DNA from: Patescibacteria group bacterium
GTDB taxonomy: Bacteria; Patescibacteriota; Patescibacteriia; GWA2-46-9
NCBI GenBank assembly: GCA_041675205.1
Contig: JBAYUF010000001.1
Coordinates: 148,863-212,862, forward strand
Reading direction: 5' to 3'
Length of the DNA stretch: 64,000 nt
The translations under genes were made by a program, and so were the position numbers. The notes beneath the pieces are model-generated. The model was not told the origin of the DNA, did not search any database, and saw only the letters and a list, made by a program, of their open reading frames with translations. The first letter of the stretch is position 1; each line of letters opens with the position of its first letter. Positions 57,185 to 64,000 of the stretch are shown piece after piece.

Positions 57185-58300
57185 ATGCACCTCAGCTCTG
57201 CCAAGATTGTTAGTATAGTGTTCGTGCTCGCTTTATTATTGAGTGGCGTGTATTCGTTTGGATCAAGATATTTTTCAATGTCAATTGAGCAACCAATAGC
57301 AGTACAAACAGAACAAGAGGTCAGTGATAAAGAAGAAAAATTAGGAACTGTTCAAACAATTTATTTTCCGGTAGACGGCTATCTCAGTCGGCGAACATTT
57401 AAATCATTTGGTGAGTATATTGAAGATCGATTTACCGGTTATCATGTAGCTGACGACATAGAATTTACAGATGTTACGGATGATGTGCCGGTCGTGTCAA
57501 TCGCCGAAGGAACAGTTCGCCGTGCGGAGCACATATCTGGATATGGTGGCTTAGTTATCATTCGGCACACGCTTCCGACTGGCGAAGTGAATGCGCTCTA
57601 TGGTCATTTGGATTTAGCGAACACAAAACTGCAGGTTGGAGACGTTGTTGCTGCAGGGTCGCGCGTTGGCGTTCTTGGACAAGGGGGAAGTACTGCCACG
57701 GATGGCGAGCGTAAGCATTTGCATTTCGGGCTTTATAGTGGCGAAGATGTGCGGTTACAGGGGTATGAAAAGATTGCCTCACGTGTTGCTAGCTGGATAA
57801 ACCCAACAGATTTTTTCACAGACAACGGTGTGGTGCTTGAAGAACAGGGTAGAATGTTTGACCAAAAGAGTGAGCGTGACGGGGAGGAGTTTCCTATTCA
57901 ATTTTGGTTACCTCGCGGTGCTGAGGTTGAGTATGTGCCGCAAATAAAAGCGTTGAATGTTTTTTCTCTCAGTGGCAGTGGTACGGCTCGTGAACGGTCA
58001 CTTTTCTTTATTCGCTTTTTTGATGCTGATTCTTTCCAGACACTGAGTACGGTTATGGTGCATTCTAAAGAAAATACAGTTGTCGGCGCGGAGCAATATA
58101 GCGCCCGGCGTTATGACATTGAGAAAAAAGACAGTGCGACAGATTTCCCTTTTCAGCCACTATGGCGGAACGAGCGGCATATTGTCACAGACGTTACGAC
58201 AGGCTCGGGTTTTCGTCGGTATTATGTTGTCGCAAAGAATCCTACGATTTCAGAGGATACGTATAAAGATTTTTTAAAAAGTTTGGTGATTTTGAAGTAA
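57185..58300 (+). CDS. M23 family metallopeptidase (LytM domain)
   Basis: HVADDIEF (HxxxD) and HLHFGLY (HxH) zinc motifs. N-terminal TM/signal. Confidence 0.8.
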   Translation: MHLSSAKIVSIVFVLALLLSGVYSFGSRYFSMSIEQPIAVQTEQEVSDKEEKLGTVQTIYFPVDGYLSRRTFKSFGEYIEDRFTGYHVADDIEFTDVTDDVPVVSIAEGTVRRAEHISGYGGLVIIRHTLPTGEVNALYGHLDLANTKLQVGDVVAAGSRVGVLGQGGSTATDGERKHLHFGLYSGEDVRLQGYEKIASRVASWINPTDFFTDNGVVLEEQGRMFDQKSERDGEEFPIQFWLPRGAEVEYVPQIKALNVFSLSGSGTARERSLFFIRFFDADSFQTLSTVMVHSKENTVVGAEQYSARRYDIEKKDSATDFPFQPLWRNERHIVTDVTTGSGFRRYYVVAKNPTISEDTYKDFLKSLVILK

Positions 58301-58345
58301 CGAATATTCAACAAGATTTACTTTGCTTTTTTGGGTCGATTTCAG

Positions 58346-58421
58346 TAAGGTGCATTCGTTCTTGAATCATTCATCGGTCACTTGGTCATTGAAATGTACT
58401 CGCCACATGGCGGGGAATAAC
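58346..58421 (+). promoter_or_regulatory. conserved promoter/leader element, copy 1 (upstream of the purC/purE fusion gene)
   Basis: TTGCTT-N17-TAAGGT then GCATTCGTTC...GGTCATTGAAATGTACTCGCCACATGGCGGGGAATAACG. It is paralogous to 60017-60091. Confidence 0.45.
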
Positions 58422-58439
58422 GTAGGTAGGAGTATAACG

Positions 58440-59912
58440 ATGGCTGTACTGTCACCAGCGCGGGCCGCATGGCCTGTGCTTAAAGGATTGAAACTCGTCA
58501 GTCGTGGGAAGACCCGCGACGTCTACGATATAGGAAGAGGATTTCTGCTGATTGTTGTCACAGATGCAATCAGCATTTTCGACATCATCCTGAATGCGAT
58601 GGTGCCCGGCAAGGGGACCATCCTGAACGTGATGACCGTATTCTGGATGCGGCTGCTCGAAGCTGAGCTCGAGACGAAGACGCATCTCGTTGCGGTCGGT
58701 TCACAGGTTGATTCGCTTTTGCCTGAACCGTTGCGTGGCGACGTTGAGCTCCAGTCTCGGGCCGTCGTGGTACGTCGTGTCGACATGGACCCAATCGAGT
58801 ACATCGCCCGTGGCAATTTAACGGGCACTGGCCTCGAAGCGTATCAAACAACGCGTGCGGTGTGTGGCCAGCGGTTACCCGCCGGGCTACAGGATGGTGA
58901 CGAGTTGCCATTCCCACTCTTCACACCGACCACCAAGGCTGAGGCGGGACATGATGAGCATATCAACGCCGTTACTGTCACTGGCGGGCATCCTATGGCT
59001 GCGCTTTCGACACTCGGCATCTACGGCTTTGCGAGGGCATACGCCGCATCGCGAGGCATCGTCATCGCCGACACCAAGTTCGAGTTCGGGCGCGATGACG
59101 ATGGTAGGGTGGTACTTGCTGACGAGGTCTTGACGCCGGACTCGAGTCGCTACTGGGCGTATTCGGCGTGGCAGGTGAGTCAGCGGCAGATGGTGCGAAC
59201 GTCGCCAGCCAGTTTCGACAAGCAATTGGTTCGCAACTGGGGAAGCAGGGTAGGGGTGAAAGGGCCGCTAACGGCAGAACACATTGCGCGAGTGCATGGC
59301 ATTAAGGTGCCGCAGAGGATTCTGAAGGCAACCGCGCAGGCCTATCGCTACATCTTCTGGCGCCTCACCGAACAGCGCGTGGAGGGGTACCTCAATGACT
59401 ACATGAAGGTACGGGTACCATCGGTGAAGCAACGTGTCGCCGTTCTGCTGGGTAGCAGGTCCGATCTCGAGAGCGTGCGCGCGGCGCTGAGCCAGGCGGA
59501 TGCGGTAAACGACTTCGCGAGGCTTGACGTTCATGTGGTGAGTTGTCACCGGAATCACGATGCACTTCGGCAGTTCGTCGCTTCAAACTGTGATGGTGCT
59601 GACACTATCATCGCAGCTGGTGGTAAGGCGTTCGCTTTGCCGGGGGTGGTTGAGACACTGGTGCACGATGCCGGTAGGGAGCAACGGGTGATTGGTGTGG
59701 CACTTGGCGAACTCGGCAGCGAAGGGTTGCGAGCGGCGGAACTTTCGATTACGGAGTTGCCGGGGCAAACGGTCGTGATCGACGAAATCGCCGGTAGAGC
59801 CTATAGCGGTTTCAAGGGTATGCAGGCCGCATTACATCGTGTTGCCAACGGTGAACTGCCACCGCCGCCTGATCGGAAGGAGGCTCCGGCAGAGTTCAAC
59901 ATTTCGTTCTAG
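58440..59912 (+). CDS. purC: bifunctional SAICAR synthetase (PurC) / PurE-like AIR carboxylase-mutase fusion
   Basis: N-terminal GKTRDVYDI...LLIVVTDAISIFD (PurC). C-terminal VAVLLGSRSDLESV...IIAAGGKAFALPG (PurE GSxSD fold). Confidence 0.75.
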   Translation: MAVLSPARAAWPVLKGLKLVSRGKTRDVYDIGRGFLLIVVTDAISIFDIILNAMVPGKGTILNVMTVFWMRLLEAELETKTHLVAVGSQVDSLLPEPLRGDVELQSRAVVVRRVDMDPIEYIARGNLTGTGLEAYQTTRAVCGQRLPAGLQDGDELPFPLFTPTTKAEAGHDEHINAVTVTGGHPMAALSTLGIYGFARAYAASRGIVIADTKFEFGRDDDGRVVLADEVLTPDSSRYWAYSAWQVSQRQMVRTSPASFDKQLVRNWGSRVGVKGPLTAEHIARVHGIKVPQRILKATAQAYRYIFWRLTEQRVEGYLNDYMKVRVPSVKQRVAVLLGSRSDLESVRAALSQADAVNDFARLDVHVVSCHRNHDALRQFVASNCDGADTIIAAGGKAFALPGVVETLVHDAGREQRVIGVALGELGSEGLRAAELSITELPGQTVVIDEIAGRAYSGFKGMQAALHRVANGELPPPPDRKEAPAEFNISF

Positions 59913-60016
59913 TCGGCGGAGGACCGACAGGACAAGTGAAAGTGGGGTGTGCGGAAGGCTCAACTGAGCAACCGTACACCCCCTTTTCGTTCCTTGCTTT
60001 TGGCTTACTTTTCTAA

Positions 60017-60091
60017 TAAGGTGCATTCGTTCCAGGAAAATTGTTTCGTGGTCATTAAAAAAATGTACCCGCCGCTTTGGTGGGGAATAGC
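60017..60091 (+). promoter_or_regulatory. conserved promoter/leader element, copy 2 (upstream of the PurM-family gene)
   Basis: TTGCTT-N17-TAAGGT then GCATTCGTTC...GGTCATTAAAAAAATGTACCCGCCGCTTTGGTGGGGAATAGC. Compensatory stems CGCC/GGCG versus CCGCC/GGUGG. Confidence 0.45.
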
Positions 60092-60118
60092 TTCAAGTTT
60101 GTTGGCAAGGAGAAAGTC

Positions 60119-61249
60119 ATGACCGATAAGTCACATGGCGAATACGCCAAAGCGGGCGTTGATTACGGGAATATTCGGAACTGGAAAGCGATGATCAAGC
60201 AGATGGGGCGTCAAACCCTGACGTTCCCGAATGCTCGGCATGTGTTCGTCGAGTCAGACGCGCACGCCGCCTCGTATGAGTATCGAGGCGGCAGACCGCA
60301 CCGGTGGGGCAAGACGCTGGAAGGTCTTGGTAATAAGGAGTGGATTGCCGAGCTGATGTACTCGCTGACTGGCGATACAAAGTACTTCAGCGGAATTGGT
60401 GTTGACGCCGTGCTCATGAGTGCCAACGATGTCGTTGCTCATGGCTATATGCCGGTCGTCGGATTGGATGAAATCGCTGCTGGTGACGATGCCTGGTTTG
60501 CGGATTCATTTCGCGCAGAGGCCTTGATTGGCGGGTTCTTTGATGCCTGCCAAATGCTTGGAATGGCGTTGGCTGCTGGAGAATCCCCAGCGTACAAGTA
60601 TCTCATCAAAGCAGAACCGCCGGTGGTAAGCGCGCCGACCTTCAGTGCATGTGTTACTGGGATCGTCATCGATCCGGAACGGCGTTACATCACTGGGAAG
60701 AAGCTTGCCGTGGGTGACGTCATCATCGGCGCGACTTCATCCGGCGGTCACGCAAACGGTGCTTCGCTTCTCATCAAACGAGGTATGGCCTTACCGGAAG
60801 GGTTCCTTACCAAACTGCCAAACGGTGAAACGCTCGGTGCAGAGGCGCTCATTCCGACCCGGTCGTATGTCGCCTTGGTGGAGGCGCTGCTCGACGCCGA
60901 AATCGACGTGCACAAGTTTCTGCCGGTAACAGGTGGTGGGGTCGCCAAGGCGGCTGCAGATTCTCGGCTGTTCAATTATCGAATCCACACCTGGTGTGAT
61001 GATGTGCCACCGTTGTTCCGTTTCATGGCTGAGCTCGGTGTCAGTCGTGAAGATCTGCTGACGACCTTCAACTGGGGAATCGGATGGCTGACATTCGTTC
61101 CCCGTTCTGAGGCCGTTCGAACGATCCAGGTTGGCACCAAGGCCGGCTACGAGATGTTCGTGATCGGACGAGTCGAAGAGGGCGACCGCAGGGTCATTTT
61201 TCAGCCGGATGGTGAAGAACGAATCGATTTGCGGCCGCCGGGTGAGTAG
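60119..61249 (+). CDS. purM: AIR synthase (PurM) family protein
   Basis: AAGGAG RBS. N-terminal YAKAGVDYGN. GIGVDAVLMSANDVV. GESPAYKY... PurM-type N- and C-domains. Confidence 0.65.
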   Translation: MTDKSHGEYAKAGVDYGNIRNWKAMIKQMGRQTLTFPNARHVFVESDAHAASYEYRGGRPHRWGKTLEGLGNKEWIAELMYSLTGDTKYFSGIGVDAVLMSANDVVAHGYMPVVGLDEIAAGDDAWFADSFRAEALIGGFFDACQMLGMALAAGESPAYKYLIKAEPPVVSAPTFSACVTGIVIDPERRYITGKKLAVGDVIIGATSSGGHANGASLLIKRGMALPEGFLTKLPNGETLGAEALIPTRSYVALVEALLDAEIDVHKFLPVTGGGVAKAAADSRLFNYRIHTWCDDVPPLFRFMAELGVSREDLLTTFNWGIGWLTFVPRSEAVRTIQVGTKAGYEMFVIGRVEEGDRRVIFQPDGEERIDLRPPGE

Positions 61250-61348
61250 ATGGTAGTTTCCAACTAGCCGATGAACTGACGGGAGGCAGTCATTGACACA
61301 GTGCAGGTGCGGGGGTCGACGTGAAAACGTTTACCCCCGCACAGCCTT

Positions 61349-61858
61349 TTAGCGGACTTCCAGAATTTCAAAAGTAATCTGTGCGTCGTTAATTTTTAAA
61401 CTAAATGTGTCGCCTTTCTTTTTTCCAATGAGTGCTGAACCAACAGGGGAATGATGAGAGATGCGACCCTGCGAGGGTTTTGTTTCTTGTGGGCCAACCA
61501 GTTGATACGTTACGGTTCGACCATTCTGTTTTAGTGTTACTGTTGTTCCTAAAGTAATTTTGCCAAACGCGTCTGGACCAGCTGCAATGGGTATGGCGTT
61601 ATTTATGCGAGCACGGAGCGAGAGCACACGGTTGTTCATTCGGCGTAGGGTATCTTTGGCGTGCTGGTAGGCGGCGTTTTCTGATAGGTCACCCATTTCG
61701 GCTGTTCGTCTGAGTTCAGCTGCTGCCGGAGGCAGCAAGTTTTTTTCCAGGTCTTCCAGGTCTTTCTCTAAGCGAGCAATTTTTTCAGGGGTGAGGTGGT
61801 TATCAAATACACGTTTTTGCTGTGATTCAATTTCTCCTCGTCTTTTAGGAATACGCAT
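61349..61858 (-). CDS. greA: transcription elongation factor GreA
   Basis: N-terminal coiled coil with GDLSENAAYQHAKD. C-terminal FKBP-like fold. Confidence 0.85.
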   Translation of the reverse strand: MRIPKRRGEIESQQKRVFDNHLTPEKIARLEKDLEDLEKNLLPPAAAELRRTAEMGDLSENAAYQHAKDTLRRMNNRVLSLRARINNAIPIAAGPDAFGKITLGTTVTLKQNGRTVTYQLVGPQETKPSQGRISHHSPVGSALIGKKKGDTFSLKINDAQITFEILEVR

Positions 61859-61934
61859 GCGAATAGCATACCTAGGCTTGCCGCACGGCGCAATTTATCT
61901 TGTTACTACTGTACGCAAGGTATAGGATAAAAAT

Positions 61935-62357
61935 ATGCAGTGGGTAACGTATGCAATTTTGTCAGCCTTTTTCGCCTCACTTGTTGCCATATTTGGGAAG
62001 ATTGGCGTTAAGGGGGTTGATAGCAATTTGATGGTGGCAATTCGCACCGCCATTATCGTGGTTTTTGCTTGGGGAATTGTATTTGTGCAGGGGAATAGTA
62101 GTGAACTTTTTCGAATCTCGCGTCATACCTATGTGTTTATTGTGCTCTCGGCGATTGCCACGGGTTTGTCATGGCTGTTCTACTATAAGGCACTGCAAAT
62201 GGGTGAAGCTTCGCGCGTAGCACCGATTGATAAATTAAGTGTCGCTCTCACCATACTTTTAGCTTTTCTATTTTTAGGGGAGCGACCAACGGTTGGCAAT
62301 GTGTTCGCTGGAGTTTTAGTTACGGCTGGCGTCCTTGTAGCGGCATTTGTTAAATAA
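61935..62357 (+). CDS. EamA-like (DMT superfamily) small transporter
   Basis: Four TM helices. LSAFFASLVAIFGKIG. The C-terminal TM ends GERPT. Confidence 0.6.
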   Translation: MQWVTYAILSAFFASLVAIFGKIGVKGVDSNLMVAIRTAIIVVFAWGIVFVQGNSSELFRISRHTYVFIVLSAIATGLSWLFYYKALQMGEASRVAPIDKLSVALTILLAFLFLGERPTVGNVFAGVLVTAGVLVAAFVK

Positions 62358-62371
62358 TTTAATTTATTCCT

Positions 62372-62770
62372 ATGAAAGGATACATTGGTCACATAGAGCG
62401 TCTTACGCAGGAGAATACATCATTTCGTCAGGTGCTCCATACGACCAAGCACATGCAGCTTGTGCTGATGGTGCTTCAACCAAGTGAAGCAATTGGTGAA
62501 GAAGTACATAGCGATGGGGACCAGTTTTTTAGGTTTGAAAAAGGAAATGGGAAAGTAGTTATTGACGGCGTTGAACACACGGTTACAGATGGCGATGCAG
62601 TAGTTGTGCCAGCGGGGGCAAAGCACAATGTTATAAATACCTCGACTTTAGAATCGTTGTTCCTTTACACCATTTATGCACCACCACATCACCGCGATAA
62701 AGTTGTACACGAAACAAAAGCTGAAGCGGAGGCAGACAACGAATCTTTTGACGGTGTAGTAAGCGAGTAA
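62372..62770 (+). CDS. cupin domain protein
   Basis: Cupin_2 two-motif pattern (G..H.H....E...G .. G....P.G..H). Confidence 0.6.
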   Translation: MKGYIGHIERLTQENTSFRQVLHTTKHMQLVLMVLQPSEAIGEEVHSDGDQFFRFEKGNGKVVIDGVEHTVTDGDAVVVPAGAKHNVINTSTLESLFLYTIYAPPHHRDKVVHETKAEAEADNESFDGVVSE

Positions 62771-62780
62771 AGTTAGTCGT

Positions 62781-63188
62781 ATGATCCGTAACTTTATCGT
62801 TTACTTGCTATCGCTCGCTAGTCTAATAATCGTTGATGCGACCTGGCTCCGCGTGATGGCACCGCGATTTTATGCCCCTCGATTGGGGTCACTTATGCGC
62901 CATTCTCCTGATTGGATTGCAGCCGGATTTTTCTACATACTATATGCGCTTGGCGTCGCTGTTTTTGTTATACAGCCAGCACTTCACTATGGTTGGAGCT
63001 TTCCCAAGATCGCGCTCCTAGGTGGTCTATTTGGTCTCGTGGCATATGCTACGTACGACCTAACGAATCAAGCCACCGTTCAAGGTTGGCCAGTGATAGT
63101 CACTGTCGTGGATCTTATCTGGGGTGCTGTGCTTACCGTACTCGTTTCTGTATGTGTCGTAGGCTTAAGTCGTTGGTGGTCAGTATGA
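62781..63188 (+). CDS. DUF2177-like membrane protein
   Basis: Four TM helices. Commonly paired with the DUF1295 gene that follows (ATGA overlap). Confidence 0.5.
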   Translation: MIRNFIVYLLSLASLIIVDATWLRVMAPRFYAPRLGSLMRHSPDWIAAGFFYILYALGVAVFVIQPALHYGWSFPKIALLGGLFGLVAYATYDLTNQATVQGWPVIVTVVDLIWGAVLTVLVSVCVVGLSRWWSV

Positions 63189-63961
63189 GCATTTTTCTTT
63201 TAACTTTTTCTCTCGCATCACTCGCTATATTCGTTTTTATGACGGCAGCTTTTGGACTGTCGCTTATTTTTAAGCGAAACGACAGTGCTGACGTGGCCTG
63301 GGGCCTCGGCTTTATCGTTGTGGCTATAACAGGAATAGTGGTGAACGGTACTTCACGTTTGAGTTGGTTAGTTTTGCTTTTGGTAAGCGTTTGGGGAATT
63401 CGATTGTCGCTCCATATTTTTTCTCGCTTGTTACGAAGTCCAGAAGACAAACGGTACGCAGCCTGGCGCGTGGCTTGGGGAAAGTGGTTCATGCCTCGGA
63501 GCTACGGCCAAATTTTCTTACTGCAGGGGGCACTTCTCCTCATTGTTTCACTCCCGGTAACTATCGCTCTTTTGTTTGGCTACCGACCGCCAGTACTGCT
63601 GGTGTTCGTGGCAGTGCTATTGTGGGTCTTTGGTTTTGTGTTTGAAGCTGTGGCCGACTGGCAGCTTAAAAAATTTTTAGCGAGTAGGGTCACGGTTGGT
63701 GGCGTTATGCAGCACGGACTTTGGCACTACAGTCGGCACCCAAATTATTTTGGCGAAGTTACACAGTGGTGGGGGCTGTGGCTAATGACTGCTGCTTCAC
63801 CGTTGTGGTTTTTGTCGATTTTAGGACCGCTCCTCATTACGTTCCTCATCCTTCGGATTTCTGGTGTGCCAATGCTGGAGGCTAGCTACGTCGGCAATCA
63901 GGAGTATGATGCGTATAAGCGACGCACAAGCATGTTTATTCCATTACCACCGCGGTCATAG
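63185..63961 (+). CDS. DUF1295 / steroid-5-alpha-reductase-like membrane methyltransferase-fold protein
   Basis: YSRHPNYFGE signature near the C-terminus. Polytopic membrane protein. ATG at 63185 preferred over the long overlapping 62912 start. Confidence 0.65.
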   Translation: MSIFLLTFSLASLAIFVFMTAAFGLSLIFKRNDSADVAWGLGFIVVAITGIVVNGTSRLSWLVLLLVSVWGIRLSLHIFSRLLRSPEDKRYAAWRVAWGKWFMPRSYGQIFLLQGALLLIVSLPVTIALLFGYRPPVLLVFVAVLLWVFGFVFEAVADWQLKKFLASRVTVGGVMQHGLWHYSRHPNYFGEVTQWWGLWLMTAASPLWFLSILGPLLITFLILRISGVPMLEASYVGNQEYDAYKRRTSMFIPLPPRS

Positions 63962-64000
63962 TATTTACCATATGATAGTAAGAAGATTTATTGCAGCTTT

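Noticed and set aside
62912-63184. Long N-terminal extension of the DUF1295 ORF (start at 62912)
   Set aside because: It overlaps the DUF2177 gene in another frame for 270 nt. The ATG at 63185 gives a stop/start ATGA overlap and a normal-length protein.

Overview
This 64-kb window looks like a bacterial chromosome of about 48-50% GC, densely packed on both strands, with patches of lower and higher GC. The pattern resembles a small-genome or Patescibacteria-like lineage, but that is only an impression.

Housekeeping genes:
- Core functions: gatA 3' end, trxB, dnaG-rpoD, greA, prs, pyrC, pyrD, a purC/purE fusion and a purM-like gene.
- Transport and metabolism: SulP, YhhQ/Vut-type, CaCA, CcdA, a csoR-copA copper operon, a pgi-ROK kinase pair, and a TPP-enzyme plus aldehyde-dehydrogenase pair.
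- Two tRNAs: Ser-GGA and Asn-GTT.
- Several clear rho-independent terminators.

Three AT-rich accessory islands:
- Island 1 (3250-6100) lies next to tRNA-Ser. It carries a eukaryotic-like protein kinase, a tiny protein with PARP/DarT-like H-G-S, Y and E motifs, and membrane proteins.
- Island 2 (27100-33800) is the headline. It holds a translationally coupled cassette: an OLD-family ABC-ATPase/Toprim nuclease, then a Swt1-like HEPN (R-x4-H) protein, preceded by a small ORF. I do not recognise this pairing from the named OLD-containing systems (Gabija, PARIS, retron-OLD). It is followed by a secreted S8 subtilase and is bounded by a duplicated ~110-nt intergenic element.
- Island 3 (52250-53540) follows tRNA-Asn. 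Three direct copies of the tRNA 3' end and an 86-nt perfect tandem repeat precede it, which is a classic integration-site scar.

Other notable points:
- A conserved promoter plus ~80-nt leader sits upstream of both purC/E and purM and is a candidate riboswitch or operator.
- A CsoR operator palindrome lies in the cop promoter.
- A CofE-like gene, an ATP-grasp gene and a HAD gene cluster beside the YhhQ transporter.
- A ~55-aa GEAWY module is shared by two secreted enzymes.
- There is a 5' fragment copy of tRNA-Ser.

No CRISPR array, rRNA, tmRNA or integrase gene was seen.
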